DNA from: a virus
Lineage: Duplodnaviria > Caudoviricetes
Length of the DNA stretch: 38,069 nucleotides
Direction: 5' to 3' (one strand)
Virus record (IMG/VR): IMGVR_UViG_3300028629_000024
Coordinates: 1-38,069 of that record
Part shown: one piece after another, positions 29,138 through 37,005 of the stretch
How positions within the stretch are numbered: position 1 is the stretch's first letter
Layout: every line of letters starts with the position of its first letter
Notes under the pieces: generated by a model
What the model was told of the DNA's origin: nothing
The model's input: only the letters and a program-made list of their open reading frames with translations
Database searches by the model: none
Position numbers and translations under genes: made by a program

Positions 29138-29141
29138 TTAT

Positions 29142-30146
29142 TTATCCTCTTTTTAACTTATAAAAGAATCTTTCCATTTCATCCTTCGTAGCCGTAGCTG
29201 TTCCAATCTTTCCAACTACAATTCCTGCTGCATGGTTTGCTAATACTGCTGCTTCAGGAAATGTTGCTCCAGATGCCATTGCTAGAGAAAATACACCAAT
29301 AGCTGTATCACCAGCACCAGTAACATCATATACTTCTTGTGCTACAGTTGGAATAGTAACTGGTTTTTTATCTTGTTCAAATAGTGTCATTCCCTTTTCA
29401 CCCCTAGTAATCAATAACGCTTTAAATCCATATCTATTCATTAATAGATTACCAGCTAAAATCATATCTTCTTCTTTTCGTATTTCTCTTCCAACAGCTT
29501 GTTCTAACTCGTTATGATTTGGAGTTACAACATCAAAATTTTGATAAATTTCAAACTCTTTCTTTTTTGGATCTACACAAACTATTACTTTACTATTTGT
29601 TTCAAATAAAAGCTGTTTTATTTTATATATTAAACTCTTAGTAACAACACCCTTATTATAATCTGAAATTACTATAGCACCGATCTCTCTAAGTTTAGTT
29701 CTTATATAATCAACTATATAGTTTTCAACTTCGTTATTAATTTCATCTCGATTTTCTTTATCATATCTAACTACTTGTTGGCTATGTGCTACTACTCTAG
29801 TTTTCTTAGTAGTTGGTCTTTCTGTATCAGTTACAATACCATTTGTATCACAAACAACTTTTGATATTTCATCCATTAACCACTTACCTGCAAGATCTTC
29901 ACCAACAACTCCAGCAACATGAACCTTGCCCCCCATTGAAAAAATATTATTAATTACATTTGATGAACCACCAAGGTGATAACTTTCACTGGTTACTTCA
30001 ACTACAGGTACTGGAGCTTCTGGAGAAATTCTTGATACATGACCACAAATGAAATGGTCAACCATCAAATCTCCAATAACCAAAACCTTTGACTTTGAAA
30101 ACCTTTCAAAAATTTCAAACATTCTCTTTTTACTAATCATATTCAA
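29142..30146 (-). CDS. rfaE1: D-glycero-beta-D-manno-heptose-7-phosphate kinase (HldE/RfaE domain I, PfkB family)
   Basis: GDLMVD, RISPEAPVP, SDYNKG, VDPK, TPN, ITRGEKGM, DVTGAGDT, ANHAAGIVVGKIGTA. Confidence 0.93.
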   Translation of the reverse strand: MNMISKKRMFEIFERFSKSKVLVIGDLMVDHFICGHVSRISPEAPVPVVEVTSESYHLGGSSNVINNIFSMGGKVHVAGVVGEDLAGKWLMDEISKVVCDTNGIVTDTERPTTKKTRVVAHSQQVVRYDKENRDEINNEVENYIVDYIRTKLREIGAIVISDYNKGVVTKSLIYKIKQLLFETNSKVIVCVDPKKKEFEIYQNFDVVTPNHNELEQAVGREIRKEEDMILAGNLLMNRYGFKALLITRGEKGMTLFEQDKKPVTIPTVAQEVYDVTGAGDTAIGVFSLAMASGATFPEAAVLANHAAGIVVGKIGTATATKDEMERFFYKLKRG

Positions 30147-30166
30147 TCCTTTCTTATGACATTATT

Positions 30167-31204
30167 TTATCCCTTTTTTAAGCTTGAAAATGTAATATGA
30201 TCTCTTTGATACATCAACTTTTCATTTTCAGAACTTATTCTTCCTAGTATGTACTTTTGTTTATCTATTATTTTTTTTATTGATCCATAATACCAATCAT
30301 CTATTTTTCTACGAGCATCCATATTTTCATAAAAATCTAATTTTTTATCTTTAAGTTCCCTTTCTAATCTATCTCGTTTTTCTTTTAACTTTTTTTCTGC
30401 ATTGATTACTCTATTCTGAACTAGAATTCTCTTTCTGTTGTTTTCTTCTATTTTCTTTTCAATAACAGATCTCTCATTATTTAACACCGCATTTTGTTTT
30501 AATCTTTCTTTATCGAATTTTTTAATTTCTTTCTTGCTTTTTAAATTATCATACTCTCCAGTTTTCTTTCTTATATCAGCTATACCAGTTTTGTTTGGTA
30601 TTACTTTTTTTCCATATAAAGATTTAGAAGTAGTTACTAATTCTCTTTCTCTTCTTAAAACCTCATCTGATGCATGTTTTCCTTTACTACTTAAATCTCG
30701 CAAATCAAAATCATGCAAACCTGTCTTCTTCTGTTGTTTAAGTCTAATTCTAGCTTCATCAGCTTCATGTCTTTTAATTATAGCATTATCTCCAAATTCT
30801 TTCTTTTTTACACCACTTGCAAAATTAGCTGTAACTTTATTATCTACATCAGCAGTAACATGTGACCCATATCTATTAGATCCAATACTATATTTAACAT
30901 CAACATTATGTTTCTTTAGTATATTTTTAGTTCCTTTTTCTACCGCATCTAACCAAGATCTTGCTGATTTAACAATTCCCTTTTTAGCTAGATATTCCTG
31001 TGCTCCACGAAAATCCCCCTTTTTTAACAAAGCTTTGACATATAACTTATCAGGACCAGGTCTAAACTGTTGGATTCTTTTTAGTTGTGATGGAGTAATT
31101 TTTCCAGCTCGCAATAGAGCGGTCCACTTATTTTCAACTAATTCTATTTCATCTAAATATTCTAAATATAATTTTAAACTATCCATTTTAACATTTTTCC
31201 CCAT
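30167..31204 (-). CDS. basic putative internal virion protein, HEADE paralog B
   Basis: YLEYLDE leader; IKRHEADEAR; C-terminal coiled coil. Confidence 0.7.
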   Translation of the reverse strand: MGKNVKMDSLKLYLEYLDEIELVENKWTALLRAGKITPSQLKRIQQFRPGPDKLYVKALLKKGDFRGAQEYLAKKGIVKSARSWLDAVEKGTKNILKKHNVDVKYSIGSNRYGSHVTADVDNKVTANFASGVKKKEFGDNAIIKRHEADEARIRLKQQKKTGLHDFDLRDLSSKGKHASDEVLRRERELVTTSKSLYGKKVIPNKTGIADIRKKTGEYDNLKSKKEIKKFDKERLKQNAVLNNERSVIEKKIEENNRKRILVQNRVINAEKKLKEKRDRLERELKDKKLDFYENMDARRKIDDWYYGSIKKIIDKQKYILGRISSENEKLMYQRDHITFSSLKKG

Positions 31205-32463
31205 TATATTGTTTTATTCGTTCTCATTAAGTTCAATCTTACAGTTGTTTCCCAATCTTTTCTTCTAGAAAAATCTATATCTGATGACTTAAGAATATAT
31301 TTTCCTGATAAATCAACATATTCTAATGTTTTAGTTATAACTTTTACAGGTTCTCCAACATTCATCAAATTTAATATTCTTAAGTTTCTTTCAATATTTA
31401 TTGATATATTTGCAAGGCTAATTAGTTGTCTTGCATCCCTTGCTGTAGCCCATGTAGTAGATTTTTCATAACCAATATGATCTGGATTTATTTGACTTCT
31501 TGTTACGTTATCATCTATATTTAAATCTAGTTGATTATCTCTTCTACTTTGATATACAGCACCAGCAGTCTTAGATAGTTCATCTAGTTTATGTTCCACA
31601 ACATGGTATAAAGTATCTTTTGGATTAACAACATATTTTATATCTTTTGCCATGAAAGCTACTTTAGTGTTGGCATTATAACTACTATCAACTGAATCAT
31701 ATGTATAGAAGTTTTTTCCGTCTTGAGCTTTTTCAAATACATCAGATTCTTTCTTATCAGTAGCCAATACGTAAATTGTAAATGTTTGATCTTTATTCAT
31801 TCTCTCACTAAGATTATACACTTGAACCTTATTATCATATGTGCAGAATCCAAGATTTGATGCTCCATCAAATAGACCAAATGTATTATCTAAATATTCT
31901 ATACATTTATACAATGTCATTGGTCTAATAAGAACTTGATCTATCTGCTCACCATTCGCTTTATTGTCGTCATATATTAACTGGGCATCTGTATTCTTAC
32001 TAACTAAATCCTGAAAAATATCTTTAACTTTTTTCTCAAAATAAATTCCTGTAACCATTGTAGTCATTGTTTTATATGGTTTTCTACAAACAGCTACAAT
32101 AGATAATAATCCTCGTTCTGTTTGGGAGGCTCTTCCTTCAGATAATTGTGTTTTTGGAGCAAAATTTGAAGTAGATGATAAATACATAAGATCCATATCT
32201 ATCTGTTCTAAAGTTCCTTGAACTACATCACTGAGAAGAGTAACCCTTAATTTTATAGGATCTTTACCAAATAGTTTATCTAAAATAATATCGTTTGGAT
32301 CGAGAAATAAATCCAATGTAACTGTTTGATATGCAGTTAAAAGAGAAGAAATAATTTTAACTTTTACCAAGTCAGCTGAATAATCTTTATCTTTAATAAA
32401 GAGTTGAATATCATATCCTCTAGATGGCCTTAACGATCGTTTATCCTGAACATTCTCAGGCAT
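31204..32463 (-). CDS. putative baseplate hub protein (gp27/gpD-like)
   Basis: DIQLFI..DYS..VKVKI..SL..TVTLDL N-terminus, SGKYILKS C-terminus; context. Confidence 0.55.
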   Translation of the reverse strand: MPENVQDKRSLRPSRGYDIQLFIKDKDYSADLVKVKIISSLLTAYQTVTLDLFLDPNDIILDKLFGKDPIKLRVTLLSDVVQGTLEQIDMDLMYLSSTSNFAPKTQLSEGRASQTERGLLSIVAVCRKPYKTMTTMVTGIYFEKKVKDIFQDLVSKNTDAQLIYDDNKANGEQIDQVLIRPMTLYKCIEYLDNTFGLFDGASNLGFCTYDNKVQVYNLSERMNKDQTFTIYVLATDKKESDVFEKAQDGKNFYTYDSVDSSYNANTKVAFMAKDIKYVVNPKDTLYHVVEHKLDELSKTAGAVYQSRRDNQLDLNIDDNVTRSQINPDHIGYEKSTTWATARDARQLISLANISINIERNLRILNLMNVGEPVKVITKTLEYVDLSGKYILKSSDIDFSRRKDWETTVRLNLMRTNKTI

Positions 32464-32474
32464 ATTTTATCTCC

Positions 32475-32969
32475 TTACTTTATTTCTGGTTCACTCTCAT
32501 CTCCATAGTCAGTTCCCCATTGTCCCTCTGTTCTATGCTGACCTTTACCTCTTCCCTCACCCTTTCCTTCACCAGGTCCTCCAGCTGGACATGGTTTTAC
32601 ATTTTTTCCGCCCCTTTTCCCGCCAGGTTTTCCTTCTCCTTTTCCTTCTCCTGACATTGGTCTTTCAATACCTCTCGGATTAACAGATTCTTCTACATCT
32701 CTAATTCCAAGTTCTTTCTTTCCTTCTTCTTCCATTTTCTTTAACCTAGTATAATAGTCAGGAAGTTCAGCTAGATGATCTTTTGCAATCTCTTTTGCAA
32801 TGGCAGGATTATCAGTATGCTCTTTTTCAACTTCAATTCCCATAGCCAACTGTTTTGGATCAAATTTATCATCTGGTACATCTTTATGTTTTCCTACTCC
32901 CTTTGGAACTTCTTGTTCAGAAAGATATAATTCTAAAAACCTTGTTGTTAAGTTTATTTTTTTACTCAT
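32475..32969 (-). CDS. DUF5661-like protein with Gly-rich tail
   Basis: QLAMGIEVEKEHT..IAKDHLAELPDYYTRLKKME; start ATG 32969 with GAGGAG RBS. Confidence 0.75.
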   Translation of the reverse strand: MSKKINLTTRFLELYLSEQEVPKGVGKHKDVPDDKFDPKQLAMGIEVEKEHTDNPAIAKEIAKDHLAELPDYYTRLKKMEEEGKKELGIRDVEESVNPRGIERPMSGEGKGEGKPGGKRGGKNVKPCPAGGPGEGKGEGRGKGQHRTEGQWGTDYGDESEPEIK

Positions 32970-32997
32970 ATTTCTTCTCCTCGCATAAACCACAGGT

Positions 32998-33013
32998 ATT
33001 TATAATTTGTTCT
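32998..33013 (-). promoter_or_regulatory. candidate late promoter (copy 3)
   Basis: AGAACAAATTATAAAT(A), just after a terminator and 28 nt upstream of the first minus-strand virion gene. Confidence 0.8.
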
Positions 33014-33024
33014 AAAAAATAAAC

Positions 33025-33062
33025 AAAAAAAGACCTGGAGAGAGAGGTAGACCAGGTCTTTT
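33025..33062 (-). terminator. intrinsic terminator
   Basis: AAAAGACCTGG...CCAGGTCTTTT stem followed on the minus strand by a T-run; separates the early-type block from the late block. Confidence 0.8.
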
Positions 33063-33071
33063 ATAAGAGGA

Positions 33072-34316
33072 CTATCGTCCCCTTGAACGGAGGGTTTTTA
33101 AAGCTCGTTCTAGCTCTACTGGTAGAACGAGAACCCTCTCGGCAATATTCTCCATGAGAATTTTTGCATTTAGATTCTTTTCAAGTGTTGAGAATCTGGT
33201 AATTGCAAGGAATAAATCCCATGCATTGATACTCTGATTTTGTTTCTTTAGTTCAGCAAGATATGTTGAAACTTCTTCTCTTCTTCTCTTTCCAACTTTT
33301 TCAACAACATCAAAAATTGATAAAAGAACATCTTCCTGAACCTGAGCACCAAAGTTCATTGAAATAAGATCTTTGATATTTGCAGTAAATGCTTGGAGAT
33401 ATCCACCAATATTACTAGATACTCTTGATCTAGCATACTCATGGTGCATTTGCTTCATTGAACATAGTGAGAATGTAAAACCATACATTCTATTTCTTGT
33501 TCCAGCTTCATACAATGAAAGACCAAATGTAACTTCTTTTGATCCTCTTCCATCATATGTATTTCGTACAGCGATGTGTGGATAAATATCACCAACTCTT
33601 GGATCTGACTGACCATTTTGAATAATGATTTCTTTTGACATTGATGTATATCTTGGCCAGTTCATGTAGTGTGTTTCTTGAAAGATTGGAGTTCCAACAT
33701 CAGAAATAGATTGTTTAATTCTATTTACCATGATGTCATTTCCCTCAAAGTCATATAGATCAGAAACAAATCCTCCAAATCTATATTCAGCTCTATCAGT
33801 TAGTGGTTTTGCATATACAGCATAATAAGGAATCTCTCCTTCACTTGCTGCTGTAAGAGTTTCATATTTAACAAAGCTAATTGAATCTCTATATTCAAAT
33901 ACTCCACGAGCCGGAATTGTTAATCCTTTCTCTAAAGCTACTTCTGCAAATCCCATAATAAACTCCTTTATTGTGGGTGTTGATGGTCTTCCATTTATAT
34001 TATTAACCCAGTAAGTATATCCTGTTCCATTACACTTACTACACTTTACCAATCTATCATCTTCTTGTACACGCTTTCTTGTATGTTTCCAATTATAATG
34101 AATCTCTCTGAGTTTTTCCAAAAGTCTCATTGCAGACATTACAATTCTAACTAATCCAAATCCTACTAATCCAAATCCAGTCATCCATAGAAATGCAGAA
34201 CTACAGAATTCCAAAAAACTCCTGAAAAACTCATTGTCTTTATAATACCAAAAAACATAAAAAGTGGGTGATATCAAAAGGATATTTATTAAAACATTTC
34301 TTATGATTTTTTTCAT
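33072..34316 (-). CDS. membrane/Zn-knuckle module fused in frame to a DUF932-like protein (internal start at 33956)
   Basis: Two TM helices + CSKCNGTG; AAAGGAG-6nt-ATG at 33956; VRNTYDG and AWDLFLAIT resemble DUF932. Confidence 0.6.
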   Translation of the reverse strand: MKKIIRNVLINILLISPTFYVFWYYKDNEFFRSFLEFCSSAFLWMTGFGLVGFGLVRIVMSAMRLLEKLREIHYNWKHTRKRVQEDDRLVKCSKCNGTGYTYWVNNINGRPSTPTIKEFIMGFAEVALEKGLTIPARGVFEYRDSISFVKYETLTAASEGEIPYYAVYAKPLTDRAEYRFGGFVSDLYDFEGNDIMVNRIKQSISDVGTPIFQETHYMNWPRYTSMSKEIIIQNGQSDPRVGDIYPHIAVRNTYDGRGSKEVTFGLSLYEAGTRNRMYGFTFSLCSMKQMHHEYARSRVSSNIGGYLQAFTANIKDLISMNFGAQVQEDVLLSIFDVVEKVGKRRREEVSTYLAELKKQNQSINAWDLFLAITRFSTLEKNLNAKILMENIAERVLVLPVELERALKTLRSRGR

Positions 34317-34330
34317 GTTATTCTCCAACG

Positions 34331-34373
34331 AAAAAATAACCCACTAGAGGGTTTTAATCTCTAGTGGGTTTTT
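34331..34373 (-). terminator. intrinsic terminator (possibly bidirectional)
   Basis: 12-bp stem AACCCACTAGAG/CTCTAGTGGGTT flanked by A- and T-runs. Confidence 0.8.
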
Positions 34374-34384
34374 CAGAAGGACTA

Positions 34385-34618
34385 CTACGCCATCTTGACA
34401 ATCTGACTACTGGTACACATAATAGAATATCCATTTTCTCTAACTTTGTACATAGTACAATGGGAATCTCGAAGAACCTTTTCAATCACACCATTTCCAG
34501 ATGATGTTAGAATACATCCAAAATAACTCGATGCACCTCTGGTGATGTAGTTTACTCTATCACCAACCTTGAATGGCAGTATTCTGTTGTCCACTTTCCC
34601 TGTTCCCATCTTCCTCAT
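34385..34618 (-). CDS. small SH3/KOW-like hypothetical protein
   Basis: FKVGDRV..GVI..YKV pattern. Confidence 0.6.
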   Translation of the reverse strand: MRKMGTGKVDNRILPFKVGDRVNYITRGASSYFGCILTSSGNGVIEKVLRDSHCTMYKVRENGYSIMCTSSQIVKMA

Positions 34619-34644
34619 TTTTCCCTGTTCCCATCTTCCTCATT
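34595..34644. repeat. perfect 25-bp tandem duplication
   Basis: TTTCCCTGTTCCCATCTTCCTCATT x2. Confidence 0.95.
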
Positions 34645-34935
34645 CTTCACTACTCCTCCTTCTAAGTATTTAACTATTATGTCTCCATGACATTTTTCTG
34701 GTTTACAATAACATCCCAACTTCTTTCCTTTTAAAGATAAAACTTGTCTTTTAAATCTTTCGTTTTTCAATTTCTTGTAAAAATCTCTTTCATATTTTTT
34801 AATAACTTCATCACGATCTCCATCTTTTCCAATTATATATGGATTTCCAAAAGGAGATCCCCTCCCAATATAAATATAATCTTTCCTGGGATATGTTTTA
34901 ATGTTTATAACTATTGTCTTATGAACTTTGCTCAT
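34615..34935 (-). CDS. DUF4326 domain protein
   Basis: YIGRGSPFGNPY..DRDEVI..LKGKKLGCYCKPEKCHGD. Confidence 0.9.
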   Translation of the reverse strand: MSKVHKTIVINIKTYPRKDYIYIGRGSPFGNPYIIGKDGDRDEVIKKYERDFYKKLKNERFKRQVLSLKGKKLGCYCKPEKCHGDIIVKYLEGGVVKNEEDGNREK

Positions 34936-35251
34936 CTTTACTAACTACTCCCCTTTTTCCAGTGATTTGTTCAACCCAATCTAACCATCCAGATCCCTTA
35001 CATTTTGGACAAATATCTAATCCTGTAACCCTTTGTTGATCTCTCGTTTTTAAATATAATTTGAAATCAACAATCTCTTTTATAAAGTTTACAGCAGATA
35101 TTCCAACACAAAAAGATAATGGAATAGATAGAAGAAGAAGAATTACTCTTCTATTATCATTAAATATTTCTATCCAAATCATTATATTAAGTATAATCAC
35201 TGGAATTATATATGAACCTTCAAATACAAGTTTTTTAATTCTAGTTTTCAT
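34919..35251 (-). CDS. 2-TM protein with CxxCxGxG knuckle
   Basis: CPKCKGSGWLDWVEQITG. Confidence 0.7.
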   Translation of the reverse strand: MKTRIKKLVFEGSYIIPVIILNIMIWIEIFNDNRRVILLLLSIPLSFCVGISAVNFIKEIVDFKLYLKTRDQQRVTGLDICPKCKGSGWLDWVEQITGKRGVVSKDEQSS

Positions 35252-35634
35252 TTAGAATCCTTTTTGTATATTTTATCAAAAAGTTCTCTATTTGATACCA
35301 TCTTATCTAGTTTCCATACTGAGTAATCTTTTATCATTTTTTCATAACTCCAAATGCAGTTATAAAAAATATCCTGAATTGTAATATGTGTAAATCTTTC
35401 TCTGGGAAATGACATAACAAATTTTACCATCCATGGATCACCATTTTTTAATGAAGTCTCTATAAAATTATCAACTGTTTTTATGTGTTTTTTAATTACT
35501 AAATCTACCCATACTCTTCTAAAGGATCTTATCATTAGATAATTTCCAAGTAGAAATAACAATATTATCATTCCCCATCCAGCAAACAAATTATATGTTT
35601 TTGGATTTTGAATAATAAATGTAACTGTTAACAT
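35248..35634 (-). CDS. membrane-anchored hypothetical protein
   Basis: N-terminal TM helix; start set at the TAATG overlap. Confidence 0.65.
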   Translation of the reverse strand: MLTVTFIIQNPKTYNLFAGWGMIILLFLLGNYLMIRSFRRVWVDLVIKKHIKTVDNFIETSLKNGDPWMVKFVMSFPRERFTHITIQDIFYNCIWSYEKMIKDYSVWKLDKMVSNRELFDKIYKKDSK

Positions 35635-35918
35635 TATTCCTCCACTTCCCATTCCTCTAATTTAATTGTATCATGTGGATAATTATTCCAGCATGTAAAA
35701 TCATCACTAGATAAGTTTTCAATCATTTTTTCATACATTCTTGTTCCGTGAGTTTCTTCTCCCTCTTCTTTTTTAATAAAGTCAATCAAAAATTTCCAAT
35801 CTGAGACTAGCTTATCTCTCTCTTCATACATTAATTTTCTTGCTTTATCATATGTTTTTGCTATTCTTAAAACATATCCAAAATCGGCTGCTGATTTACA
35901 AATAAGATAAACCTTCAT
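35634..35918 (-). CDS. hypothetical protein
   Basis: MKVYLI...IEEW-type small phage protein. Confidence 0.7.
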   Translation of the reverse strand: MKVYLICKSAADFGYVLRIAKTYDKARKLMYEERDKLVSDWKFLIDFIKKEEGEETHGTRMYEKMIENLSSDDFTCWNNYPHDTIKLEEWEVEE

Positions 35919-35921
35919 ATT

Positions 35922-36287
35922 TCAACCTTGTGCTTTTGTTATTCCTTTTACCCAGTCAATTGTTCCATTTCCCTTACACCTATGACATCCAGATCCCTTA
36001 CATGATCTACATATAATCATTCCTTGTTTTTTAAGTTCTGCATCCATTAAATCTAGTTTTACTTCTTTAACCATACAACACAGATGATATATACCACCAG
36101 AAAACATAAGTAAAGTAACTATTATAGAAAATGTATATCCAATAGGAACAATTAATGGTTCTACGTGCAATTTAATAGTCCCCCAGTGATCTTTAACTAT
36201 ATAAAAAATCAAAATCAAAAGGGGAGATAAAAAGAAAATACTTTTAATCGCGTTTTTAACATAAAATATTTTTCTTTTTTTATCCAT
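35922..36287 (-). CDS. 2-TM protein with DnaJ-like CxxCxGxG repeats
   Basis: CRSCKGSGCHRCKGNGTIDWVKGIT. Confidence 0.7.
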   Translation of the reverse strand: MDKKRKIFYVKNAIKSIFFLSPLLILIFYIVKDHWGTIKLHVEPLIVPIGYTFSIIVTLLMFSGGIYHLCCMVKEVKLDLMDAELKKQGMIICRSCKGSGCHRCKGNGTIDWVKGITKAQG

Positions 36288-36313
36288 AATCTCTCTCTTA
36301 TTTTTTAAAAGAA

Positions 36314-36388
36314 TGGTAGGCGGGGGAGGATTTGAACCTACCGTAGATGGCTTATAAGGCCACTATTCTACCACTGAATTACCCGCCC
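36314..36388 (-). tRNA. tRNA-Ile(UAU), CCA encoded
   Basis: GGGCGGG TA ATTC AGTGGTA GAAT A GTGGC CT-TAT-AA GCCAT CTACG GTAGG TTCAAAT CCTCC CCCGCCT A CCA; one T-stem mismatch. Confidence 0.88.
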
Positions 36389-36989
36389 GTTTTCTTGTTT
36401 GATAATTATTTTTTGAAATTTTCTTTTTGGTTTCTTCTGTGTGAGATCTATTTCTAAATCTATATGTATCTGTTTTCCAATGACAGTTTAAACATATATA
36501 TTCTAAATTATTTCTATTCCAGTTATTTCTGTTTCCATCCTTATGATGTATCTCAAAAGGACCTTTTCCTGTAATAGAATCTGTATACTCAAATCCACAC
36601 AAATCACATTTGTTTTTCTTTTCTTCTATAAATATTTTCTTAGCTAGTTCTTTTGGAAGATTATTGAAACTAGTAGTTTTTAGTAATAATTCTCTTTTAT
36701 GTTTATAATGTAAAAGTAAAGAATTTCTAATTTTTTCTATACTGTCTTTAGTGTGAGAATGAGATGTATATGTTTTTGTAACATTCTTCATTGATTCTTT
36801 AATCTTTTCTTTAAAATCATTATTATTAGTATAGAATTTAATTTTACATTCCATATTACAAAATTTTAAATTTTTAGTTTTTGAATTACACCATAAGCAG
36901 TTATTTAATTTTTTCTTACCACAAAAATTTTTATGGTAAGATAAATTATTTTTAAATTTGAATGATCTTCCACATTTACAAATAAACAT
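36363..36989 (-). mobile_element. free-standing HNH homing endonuclease gene (zinc finger + NUMOD3-like motifs)
   Basis: CDLC...EIHHKDGNRNNWNRNNLEYICLNCH; HTEETKKKIS and HTKDSIEKIR; lies between two tRNA genes. Confidence 0.85.
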
Positions 36990-37005
36990 AAATTCCCCAT
37001 TAAAG

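Noticed and set aside
30438-31268. 276-aa plus-strand ORF
   Set aside because: Antisense to a Lys-rich gene; its F/L/S-rich composition mirrors that gene, with no motifs or clear RBS.
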